A DNA stretch of 63,968 nt, counting the filler, from Choristocarpus tenellus KU-1152 (lineage: Eukaryota > Protista > Phaeophyceae), in assembly GCA_964200185.2 (NCBI GenBank). It is 11 parts of 11 records of this genome, joined end to end, with 100 filler letters (N's around TTAATTAATTAA, not from the genome) between each part and the next. Parts side by side here need not be neighbours in the genome. Positions count along the whole stretch, not along the records: positions 42,986 to 52,023 come from CAXNAD020004055.1; positions 52,124 to 54,749 come from CAXNAD020026162.1; positions 54,850 to 61,342 come from CAXNAD020008006.1; positions 61,443 to 63,968 come from CAXNAD020027059.1; 7 more parts are not named here. One strand, given 5' to 3'. A model generated the notes under the pieces. That model had not been told where the DNA came from. It worked only from the letters and a program-made list of their open reading frames with translations, and made no database searches. A program made the position numbers and the translations under genes. This document shows, one piece after another, positions 51,016 through 63,968 of this stretch; position 1 is the first letter of the stretch, and each line of letters starts with the position of its first letter.

Positions 51016-51414
51016 GATGCCTATAGCCTCCCTTGAGTGGAAGTGAACATTGTAATGAAAAAGAGTAACAAAACAACACTTATCAGAACCATACTACCCA
51101 TGTGGTGATGTAGCACTGCATCAACATCAGCACCATTGCAATTCATCTCCACAAATATTGCCCCTTCCCAAGTGAATCAGAGGTTACAAAACATCCACCC
51201 AACCATTTCATAACAAGACCATCTATACACCCTCCAGCACCCTCAACACTCCCTCCGAAAAAACCACACAGGAACAGAAGCAATCCTAACCTTAGCCCAA
51301 TTGCTATTTCAAGGCACTTGGAAATGTGCTAGGCAGGGGTCACGATCTAGTGAGGAGGGAAGCAAAGAGAGGAGGCAAGGCAGGATCACATGGAAACACA
51401 ATCTCATCACGCAT

Positions 51415-51886
51415 TTATCCCATTTTTCCTGCTGTCAATACGGCTGCAGCTGCCTCTGCCGCCTTCTGTACACACAACTTGCTGACATCAAGGTGCGTCA
51501 TTGCCCTTACAGTGCGTGGACCATACCCAGACCCAATGAGCACACCGTGGTCCTGTTGCAGAGCTGTCACAAAATCATCTGGATCCATGTCCATAACCTG
51601 CCAGGTGGGAGGAACGATCAGATAGATGCGACAGGGCTGCTGCTGCGCATAGCACTTTGGACCTAACAGGGGATGTGCTTGTGGATAAGCCTTCCAGAGC
51701 CTACCGATCAATCACAATGAGAAAAAATACATGACCAACTCAACTCCTGAGTGAGGGACCTAGGAGAAGTTGTCAAGGTTTTCTCACATCGAAATAGATA
51801 GCATTAGTCTCAACCTCTGAAGGGTCAATACGTAAACCAGGTATCACAGACAGCGCCTCAGCCAGGGCCTTGGCGTTGGCATGGTC
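51415..51886 (-). CDS. Low-specificity L-threonine aldolase, 3' exons (51886-51788, 51597-51415)
   Basis: DHANAKALAEAL..IPG..IDPSEVETNAIYFD|V...GVLI...VRAMTHLDVS is the GLY1/LtaE C-terminus. Confidence 0.9.
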
Positions 51887-52123
51887 CTGCTCCAGAGCCA
51901 TCCAGTACAACCACAGCGGGATACATTTTGTGCGTGGAGGATGGGGGGGGGGGGGGGGGGGAATACAACACAATAAGTGGGGGGGCGGGGGGGGTTTGTG
52001 GGTTAAAAAGAGGGGTTTCAAAANNNNNNNNNNNNNNNNNNNNNNNNNNNNNNNNNNNNNNNNNNNNTTAATTAATTAANNNNNNNNNNNNNNNNNNNNN
52101 NNNNNNNNNNNNNNNNNNNNNNN

Positions 52124-52185
52124 TGATTTTAGTCCAAATGGACTCCCTGGTATAGACCCCCCCCCCCTCCCAGATACTTTGGGTC
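52124..52185. mobile_element. MITE family A, partial (contig start)
   Basis: ccaaatggac...CCCAGATACTTTGGGTC. Confidence 0.8.
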
Positions 52186-52375
52186 ACTCCCACCTGTACC
52201 CACCACATTTTACTTGTTGAGAAGTGGCTCAATGTGCATCTCATCACTAAGAGAGAGTACATGGCTCTGGCTTTTACCCTCAACTTATTATTTCATGTCA
52301 CTGCTCCAGAACAATTACACAATTGTTTTTCTTACATGCCTACCCACCAGCAACCTCTATCCCCCTACCCCTCAC

Positions 52376-54749
52376 CTCCCAGAACATGTTTCGTTTGGAG
52401 AGAGCGTGCACAGCAGCCTCCAGTTTGCGCACCATGGTGGCCAGGCTGATGTTTGAGCGCTGAAGCGTGGAGACCCTAGATATACCATCATCTCCCTGAT
52501 GACGAAGTGCAAGGCCGACTTGTTCAAGTGTCTTAAGGCCAATTAAAGTTTCCTTGAGGGTTGTTCCAGACAATGTTCGCAACACACAGAAAGAGTGTGC
52601 CAGTGGGGGATGTCACATGGGGGTAGGAACATGGTCAGGTGCAAGGATATGAATAGAGGGAAGACCCAAGGTTTAAGGATGGGAATTGTGGGCACAAAAT
52701 GCCACAAATATGATCGGGCTGTATAATCAAGGAGTCCATTTTCATGCACTCTTCCTCATTTGTCTGGGAAGATGATACCAGTGAACGTGCTGCATTGACT
52801 GATCATGCTTCAAGTATAGACGCACAGTAGCTTTTTGCTTCAAGCACGGGTGAAGTATTAGGACCATTCCAAGCCAGACCTTGTTGACGTCCCAATTCTT
52901 ATTTACATCCCTCACAAACTCTCTCCACCTCAGCAGACTCACATCCAGGGTAACCATAGAGGCCAGGGCATTGTGAACTTCTCCTCGAAGTCCTTCTGTG
53001 GCTAGCCTGAAGAGTGCAGTGGGCGGAAGGATCTCCTCATGAGTGTACCACCTACTTAAGTAATTGAGCCATCTCTAAGTTTCAAAATAGGATCAATTGA
53101 GTGAAAGTATCTCAGAGGGTACTTGTTTTGCCCTGTTTGTCCATTTGGGGCTTGACTTTCCACAGGATTTGTATAACATTTTACCTACTCCAAAACATTT
53201 CCGAGTAGGTAAAATGTATACATTATGAAAAGGTGTGTCCGAAAAAAGGATACTGACACTCCCTACCAAACACGATAGCCAAAATTACATCAAAATTGCA
53301 ACATTGGATTTTGGCCCCCAAATGGACGCTGCTCTACCCTCTAAGATACTTTGGCTCAATTCGATGAAAAGATGGCAAAATGGGCGGAGGATTGGAACAA
53401 GGGATGGGTGACTGGGGCAGGGGCCATACAACACAACCTATTATTTCTGGCAACACCCTGATCTCTCTATGCATTATTTCTTCTTCCATGATTGTCCATT
53501 CCAATAGCACTCACTGCTTTTTTATCTGTCGGCCCAACATTGCAAGTAGGCATTGACCGCAAATAAATTAATTTGTAGACACTGCTCTTCCTCCAACAAT
53601 ATATCACACCCACTTGGTATTCTCCTCCAGATCCTTGTGACATGCCCGCAGATCAACCAGACCATCTCTATCAGTGCCAATTAGTGCCAGCAGCCGATTC
53701 TCCACCCTCTTGAGGTCCTGTCCCCCAGCCTCCAGGACATCTGAGAGTTCGGCTGCCCTTTCCTCCTGGTAAATAGAGTGAAAGTATCTTAGAGGGTACG
53801 AGGTATTCCCTGTTTGTCCATTGGGGGCTTTGCTTCCCACGGGTTTTGAATGATATTTTACCTACTCCAATTTTTTCGAAGGAGGTGAAATGTATACATT
53901 ATGAAAAGGTGCGCCCGGAACAAGGATATTGACATCTCCTAACAAACGTGATAGCCAAAATTGCAAAATAAATTGCAACATTGGATTTCGGACCGCACAT
54001 GGACGTGACTCTACCCTCTGAGATAATTTAACTCAATAGCATGAAAAAACGAACATTGAAAAAAAAGAGACTTCGACACATTCAATGATGTGGGTATTGA
54101 AGGCACTTGTTTTGTAATATGTTCTAGACCTGCAGACATCGCTACTCTGTTTTTACTTTGCTCACATTCCTGTTATTAAATTTTACTATTGTCGCATTCA
54201 TTGGTAATGCAAACATCTGACGGGATGTTTTTGAGTAGACTGTATTTGAGCTGCTCCAATCAGCACGTCCTAGCACGTCAATTGTGAATGAGTTTCTGGT
54301 GTATGCAACATCTAGTGGGAGGTAGGAATCGGGGCAGTGGCCATATTGTGACAGAAAAAATCAAAGGTGACCTTTTTGATCTTTCAAGACTCTTTTAGGA
54401 AAAATTTACTGTTTGTTCAATACATGAAAAAATTCAAGCATAAAGCGTCCTCATGCCCTTTTTTGTTACCTTCACATAAACCACAATTGGTGTCTAATAC
54501 TGGACTTTAGGTACACTCTAATGTCTCCCACAATCAATTGGGTGTGGATCTCATACGCCGTTTGAAGTACTTCCCCCATTTGCCCCTTACACACAACTGG
54601 GGAGGTTTAACTCAGCAGCAAAGCCCTCTGCTGGATTTATACTGTGGTAGAAGGAACGGGGGGTTAGGAGGCACTTGCCTGAGCAGTGGCTTCCTTCCCG
54701 ATCCGATCACTGAGCTTTCTCAACTCCCTCTCCAGGCTAGACTTCAAGT
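52376..54749 (-). CDS. Uncharacterised coiled-coil protein, internal exons (>54749-54679, 53765-53614, 52475-52376)
   Basis: LKSSLERELRKLSDRIGKEATAQ|EERAAELSDVLE...DLEENTK|VSTLQRSNISLATMVRKLEAAVHAL; heptad pattern with compatible phases. Confidence 0.6.
53099..53357. mobile_element. MITE family B, full copy
   Basis: GAGTGAAAGTATCT...AGATACTTTGGCTC; TSD AATT. Confidence 0.92.
53776..54034. mobile_element. MITE family B, full copy
   Basis: GAGTGAAAGTATCTTAGAGGGTA...TACCCTCTGAGATAATTTAACTC; TSD AATA. Confidence 0.9.
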
Positions 54750-54919
54750 NNNNNNNNNNNNNNNNNNNNNNNNNNNNNNNNNNNNNNNNNNNNTTAATTA
54801 ATTAANNNNNNNNNNNNNNNNNNNNNNNNNNNNNNNNNNNNNNNNNNNNAAAGAGAGAGAGAGAGAGAGACCAAGGCAAGGGGAAAAGGGGGGGAAGGGG
54901 GGGCAGGTAGGGACATGAG

Positions 54920-54950
54920 CTAACCCTAACCCTAACCCTAACCCTAACCT
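54920..54950. repeat. Interstitial telomere-like (CCCTAA)5
   Basis: ctaaccctaaccctaaccctaaccctaacct. Confidence 0.75.
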
Positions 54951-55048
54951 GAAAAGTGCCCAACAGTAAATAATTGCATGTAGGAAAATCTGTGTATACA
55001 CTACACTACACCATAGTATTTGAAACTCTTTTCTATCACTATTTATAC

Positions 55049-56632
55049 CTTGGAGAGTAGACGTCGCCTGGTGGCATTTATCCTCCGGTCAAGGTCTTCC
55101 TCGAGCTTGGAGAGGCGTGCTGCCTGACTCGCCTGTCTGGGGAAGCACTCCTCCGCCTGTGGGTTGATGAGGGGCAGGGGGGAGAGAGGAGAGTGAGAGT
55201 CAAAACAACATGACAAAGGCAAGCAGCATTACCTGAGGGGAAAAAACAAAACAAATTGGTGATGAGCATTACCTGAGGGATGGAAAAGGCTTGTTAGCGC
55301 TACTGAGTTGCTTTAAGTGGATCAGATTGACAACTGTGAAGCTTACAGGGGAGGAGACGGAGACAATGGCGCACTTATTTTGCGAAAAGAGCACGAGTAC
55401 CTGTAGGTTGATGGGAACAACCCAGGTACCTGATTCGCGCTTGCTGTCCATTCTCAAGATGTCAAGTTTTAAAAAGAATTAGCATTAGAAATGCAAATTT
55501 GAGAAGAGACAATATCATCACGGGGGCGTTGCAAAGGTGCACATTTATCTCACATGCATCATGAGCGAAACTGTAGTTGTTGTTGTGTTTGTGTAACTCA
55601 GATCAAAAACGTCTCGCGACGTTTAGTCCAGTGACAACGACAACTCAAAAGTCGTGTCTCGTTGCCACCGCAAAAAAGAAAAAGGAGGGTTTCTTAAAAA
55701 TGAAAACGAATATGTATCAACGAAAAGTCTTGCTAGATCAGCTGAAAGTGTTCCCGTCAGTTTGTTATAATAGGCTATCGCCCGATCACTTCGATGTCAG
55801 GTTGCACATATGTTTGCACGAAGGTTTTGCTCCGTGGTCATGCTGACCACTGTCGAAGGTTGCTCCACTGACTATTGCTTCGTCAAGTCTTGGAACTTTG
55901 TGCAAAAGTGTGGTAGCGTCATACTTCTCTCCACAAACCTACCACCCCTATCCCCAATATTAATAAATTGTCACCTCATCCACATCCATGCGTTCAGAAA
56001 AGCTAAAGTTGAGTTGGGAGCGTTCAGCACCATGGAGAGAAATAGAGCTCTATTTAACATCCTCAATCAAACCAAAGGACATCGCTACCCAACGATAGCT
56101 CTGCCGCCGAATGTGATTCTTACGACCCCTACTGTGCTTTTCCTACCCGAACAAGGGACAAGAGAGGATGAACTACAAGCTATCACCTCGTCCGAGAGCA
56201 TCACCGACGCCGTCGAGGTATCTCGACCTCGCTTGCTGAGAAGAATCTCTTGTAGATCCCTAGGTCCACGCGGTAAGGCCCCAGCGCCACCCTGGCGTAT
56301 CAGGTTGATGGTAGCAGCCGCAGAGGGAGGTGGACGTGCTGGTGGTGCCGAGGTGACATGCTGATCCCTGCACTCAGAGAGGGGTACCAAAGGTGGTGTG
56401 CATAAGAAGGGGAAATATCTACAGGTTGGACGGAATTACATACTGTGGTTTTAATCGAGGGTAACAAGAGACAACCTTGGGACTAAGGGCTCAGAAGAAG
56501 GTGGAGGTGGCAATGAAGGGGCTGGAGAAAATGATGGGGCTACCCTCAGCGATGGGTCCGATTCTAGATCTGGAGAAAGAGACCGATGATAAGCAACACC
56601 AGCCGCGGCTGCCGCTGCAGACAAGCCCATTC
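55049..56632 (-). CDS. Probable SWI/SNF subunit BAF60/SMARCD (Swp73)-like, 5' part (exons 56632-56476, 56367-56187, 55156-55049)
   Basis: Pro-rich N-terminus, then KRGRD...MLSDE|AEECFPRQASQAARLSKLEEDLDRRINATRRRL, resembling the SMARCD segment [38 protein letters not shown]; phases consistent. Confidence 0.5.
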
Positions 56633-57914
56633 CTGCGGGTAGAGCCATGGCGACACAAGACACAGCATCAGAAGTCCTTCAAACTTTCCCAAAATACCAA
56701 TATTTGAAATAAGGGAGTTGTTAAAGAGTGAACAAAAATGAGGGAAAAACAAAAAAATATTTTGGATCATGTTTCATGTCCTTTATAACAACGCACTCAG
56801 TCCTCAGCCTACTACCCCCTGTATTAGCATCTGTTAGCAGGTGAGGTAGCCTTATCTACTCCTAGGAGGTTCACTGACATTCCTTAATTGACATGTAAAT
56901 TTATACTTGGCCAATTTTTTGTTCGCTGGCCTCCGTTTTCCCATTGTGGCCCTTCTCACGTCCCAATTCATGTCTTCGCTTTTTGACCTTGGCGAAGCTA
57001 TCCTTGCCAACTGCAAATATTTGTGAGTTGTGGGGTCAGATGGTATACAAATAGCTTCTTTCGCCACCTTTTCAATCATTATTCGTATGTTCCTGTGCCC
57101 TCCCCCGTACCTACCCCATTCCGGCGTCACCAGGAATCACCCACTCCTAATGCAGCCTCTATCTTTCCTGTCGCTTGCTCTGTTGAGCACCAGTGCCACT
57201 GTGAGTTATCTTAAAATCAACTCTAAAACACTGGTGATTGGGTTGCTTAAGTCTGTACCTCGTGCATGTGGGCTCAACCCCTCGCCTCCACAAACGAAAA
57301 TGCGATTGAGAGTTGGTTCTGAGTTGTGATAGAGGTCCGATACTTGAACCGATCGGGCAACGCCTGGTGACGGTGTCATTACGTTGATGACCTCCCAAGG
57401 TAGAAAAGAGTATGGGTAGGCACGCAAAAGAGCGCCCTCCCCCCTCATAATGATAAATCAATTTAACAAGCAACCGTACTCCACTGGTCAATATCTATCA
57501 CTGGATCGTGATCATAGTACGAGATAGAGTACGTTGCGCCTGATTTCCTCATGATTCGCTTGATACTCATGACGATTTTCGCATGCAGTCTGTAGGCCTC
57601 GCTCCGATCAGATGCGATGCCTGCAACTTGTTGCCAGTACTGAACTCTTGCTCCAGAACAACACACTGATTTCGATCTCTCTGCGTAGGTGATTGACTGT
57701 TCTTAAGTGAGCAGAGTTGTCATTAAGTTGCACATATTGCCATCTACATATCTTTTGGCACTCTTCTCGGTTAGTGTATCCCGTCAAAGAATATCAACAG
57801 CAGATATCAGGTCTCCAGGTCCACCCTCAGTGCTTTCCGTTCCCTAGTTGTAATTCAAAGCCAGCACCATTTAATTCTTTCGCCCTCACCCTCTTCCTAT
57901 TCCACAATGACCAG

Positions 57915-60508
<2,594 letters not shown>

Positions 60509-61744
60509 TAGTATGTTAGTATGTTAGTTAGTTCCCAACCTGTTTTGTAGGAGTTTTGACATACATTTAAAAAAATATATAAAAAATCCTCAACACTTTT
60601 CGGGGGGGGGGGAGGGGATTGTATGATTTTTGTCTTGTGCTCTGGAGTGTGCCCCCCATGCAATGCAATGTTCTTGACTGTTTGCCTGCGTTCTGAATAT
60701 TGACTACTACCTGGAGATAGATGAGTTCGTACCAATCAACCAAGAGTATAGTAGTAGAGCTGTTTCAGTAGCTCAGTTGCAGATACGACGGTGCTTGGTA
60801 ACGCCGACGGGTGTCCAGTGCCTCGTGGCCACGATACAAAAAACAAATCCAANNNNNNNNNNAAAAGATAAGAAGAAAGGGTGTTTCCGTAGCCCCGTTG
60901 CAAAAAAGCCGGGGGCTCCCCCCCCCCCCCCCCCCTCCCTCCAACAAACAAACAAAAAAATCAGAGAAGTTGTCCGAACAAGGCGATCCTTAACTTGATT
61001 CCGTCTTGTCTGGACAACACCATTATCTGCTTGAGAGGTTACTTTGTGGTATAGAAAATGATCAGAAAAAGATGGGAAAAGGAGATGGCACAGTGGAAGA
61101 TATTGAGAAATTGGAGGGAAAGTTTAGTTCCTCTTCGTTTGAATATGTAAATCCTTGTTCCTGCCTTTTTTTTGGTGCATGGATTTTTGAGCCCTGTTGT
61201 AGTGAGGACTTCCAGCTAACAGCATAGTTTGTAGTTTATTAGCCTTGTCCTGCGCAGGCAGGCTCACTACCTCCTACTAAAAGGGTGGGGGGGGGGGGGG
61301 GGGGTTAAATGAATTAGCAGAGCTGGGGCGGGTGGGGGGGGGNNNNNNNNNNNNNNNNNNNNNNNNNNNNNNNNNNNNNNNNNNNNTTAATTAATTAANN
61401 NNNNNNNNNNNNNNNNNNNNNNNNNNNNNNNNNNNNNNNNNNCCCCCAAGATACTTTGACCCCTCTCCAATCCAATACGCCACTCATCACATGCTACACT
61501 AAGGATGAATGGAAAGGACAGAGGAATGCAACTATTATAATCAACCAAATAAGGGAAAGACAATGAGGAAGAAGCATTTCAGCAGACAACAATGAGTGCA
61601 GTGCGCCTCTCCCCTGATGACCTGTGACTGTCCTTCCCACAGTAATGTCATTTCTCTCCAAATTTGTGCCAAATATATTGAGAGGTAGGCAGGTTTGGAT
61701 CCTTTCGTATTTTAAGGCATCTTTCTTAACCTGTGCAATACATT

Positions 61745-62008
61745 GAGTCAAAGCTTTTAAGAGGGTAGGGTCGCGTCCGTTTGGCGTCCGAAATCCAATG
61801 TTGCGATTTTGATATAATTTTGGCTATCGTGTTTGCTAGCAAGTGCCAATATCCTTTGCTCATTTCACACCTGTCAAAGTCGTTTACAATTGACCCTCTC
61901 CAAAATGGCTCGAAAACCGAAAAAGGGCAAAAAAAACTAGTGGGAGGTCAAGCCCCGAACGGACAAACATGGCAAACCTCTTACTCTTATAAATGCTTTG
62001 GGTCACTC
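61745..62008. mobile_element. MITE family B, diverged reverse copy
   Basis: GAGTCAAAG..TAAGAGGGTAG, ccaatgttgcgattttgat, gtcaagccccgaacggacaaaca. Confidence 0.75.
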
Positions 62009-63754
62009 TCTATCAATGCTATACGTGCACAATAGCGTTCGAAAAATTGGCATTCCCTTTTTCCATACATAAATTGACGCCACAATTATACAAAGAATCT
62101 TTCTCGAGTTGTATAAAATTATGTCCTTTTGTCCTTTCTTCGTATCCTTAAAATGCAACCTTGCCTACCTCTGAGTTGGTTTGACTCTTTGGGTTTTTGA
62201 GGGTCGTTCCTTATTAAATGAGACCCTTTACTTTCCTAGCAGTTCAGTTGCTTCTTGGTATTGACCACTAGTGCCTCTTCATCCACTGTCTTATTTTCAA
62301 TGCCACCAAGCCCATGCACGCCCCTAACACATCACATTAATCGACATCCATCTCGTCAAAATCTTCTGGCATCACCCGATTTGGGTCAATCCTCACCAGC
62401 AGATTATTTCCTTGGCAGCAGACTCCTCTTGAACTGTCGGTATTCTTCACCATTTCCACCCCATCAGGGAAACTTCATTGACAGTGCCCTCACAGATTGC
62501 CTCCTCCAATCCTTCTCTCAGGATTTAGACTTTATTCCTAACCAAGTCCGAGTCACTAATTGTCGATTATTGTTGTGAGCCCACCTCTGTTACCAGCCTA
62601 TTCTAGACTGCACGTTCAGAACAAGACAGAACCGTTTACAAGAAAGGAGGAACATACCGCACATGAGAAAAGAGGAGTCACACACCATCTCGTACTGCCC
62701 TCTGTCTCATCATCATATTGAGATTGTCCAGAAACAGCTTCCCGGAGGTGCGTTCAGCACTGTCTTTATTGTTCTGCAACACGCTGGACATTCCGCAATT
62801 GCCCATTCTCTCAGACCTCAAAGCGATAGCTGACTTGCTCCTCTCCCACTATCTCCATGTGTTGGGATTGGTAATGTAACCTAGTGTCTTGCATCCACTG
62901 GTCTCCAAACCCCAAACACAGTTCCCTGCTCTTAGCTCTGTTGCGGAGGGTTCTCTTCTCCTCCAACTCAGGCACAACCTCCAAGAGGAGTCCTAGGAAG
63001 ATGCATCCCTCAACGTCCTTCTCTGCCTCCTTATGCTTAACTTGCCGATCCATCCACATGTCACATTGCATGTAATATTCAGTGGGAGGTTGATTGCACT
63101 CCATCTTCTCCTTCTCTTGTACCTGTTGGATGCCCTCCTCAACCTCTTCCCCCAACTTGTGAGACCGCAGCCCTTGTGACAAGGAGTCCTTGCCATGTTC
63201 ATCCTTGTTACCAATGGAGTATACGAGTGTCCTGGAATCATCAACATCTAACCTGCAGACTTTCTCTCATACAATAGTATCCCCACTGTCACACCAGATG
63301 AAACTGGTCCCTTGCTCAAAACTTGGCGTTGAATGTTTCCCTTTGTGTTACTGTCTCAAGAAAACAACAGGTGATCTGCCGAAGGCCTGCTTGTTGGATT
63401 TTCCAATGGACTCCTAAGCTGTCCCAAAGGGATGGTGTAGGTGCTGTCAGGATGCTCTAACGAAGGTGTAAGAACTCAGGGATGAGAATTGGCTGAAGAG
63501 GGATGACCCGGAAAACCGGTTACACCTTCAATTGTGTTGTGTAAATTCGTGATTTTGAGGAAAGGAAATTTGGGTCAGGATGAACATCATGATTGTATGT
63601 ATTATAATTTTGTTATGCATCCGCTATCCAACATGTTTGCACCGAGTATGGAGGTATGCTTCGCAAATTTGAACTTGAATGAAGAGAGTCCATGAGTTGT
63701 GAACCTGACAACATCATATGTAGTCCGACTGATGAATGTTGTTTGAATATATAT

Positions 63755-63906
63755 GGCTCATAGTATTTGGAGGGAGTGTGGCGGCTGTCCATTTGGGGCC
63801 CATTTTTCCATGTCGCGATTGTTGGGTGATTTGGTTGCATGTGTCGGATGGATAATATAAGTGCACTTTTCCTGGTCAAGGGCCCGAATGGACACCCTGG
63901 TGTAGA
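63755..63906. mobile_element. MITE family A copy (truncated by adapter)
   Basis: Reverse complement of the 9432-9610 interior. Confidence 0.85.
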
Positions 63907-63921
63907 TCTCGGTGGTCGCCG
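63900..63921 (-). other. Illumina P5 adapter contamination
   Basis: GTGTAGATCTCGGTGGTCGCCG is the reverse complement of part of AATGATACGGCGACCACCGAGATCTACAC, followed by an A-run. Confidence 0.95.
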
Positions 63922-63968
63922 CCTCACCAAAAAAAAAACACGAGTGTGTGGCATTTGCTGCAACCATC

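Noticed and set aside
19089-54950. True telomeres
   Set aside because: Only 3-5 units, internal to contigs or introns.
62200-63500. Possible MULE/SWIM remnant
   Set aside because: Only vague Cys spacing; no convincing catalytic motif.

Overview
Eukaryotic, not prokaryotic, DNA. The window is 11 short contigs joined by ten artificial 100-bp spacers (44N-TTAATTAATTAA-44N), so adjacency across a spacer is meaningless. Kilobase GT-AG introns, TTAGGG tracts, Rab28 and an AFAP-type plastid-targeting motif on RpiA suggest an ochrophyte (brown-alga-like) genome; this is an inference. Host genes, mostly partial and assembled by hand from exons: NADP-isocitrate dehydrogenase, JMJD6, HOP2 with a long N-terminal extension, Rab28, INTS6, low-specificity threonine aldolase, RpiA, a probable BAF60/SMARCD, an EF-hand exon, a coiled-coil protein and a small two-exon protein ending in a TOS-like motif. 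Mobile DNA is abundant: a decayed chromodomain-bearing Ty3/Gypsy element, IS630/Tc1-mariner remnants, two related MITE families sharing an AAAGTATCT TIR core with 4-bp TSDs (Sola-like), two foldback MITEs, a 5'-truncated non-LTR family with a (TAA)n tail, and a palindromic 25-bp minisatellite. An Illumina P5 adapter fragment lies near the end. I found no CRISPR array, rRNA or Fanzor/TnpB, and no clearly supported new multi-gene system. The best leads are listed as findings.
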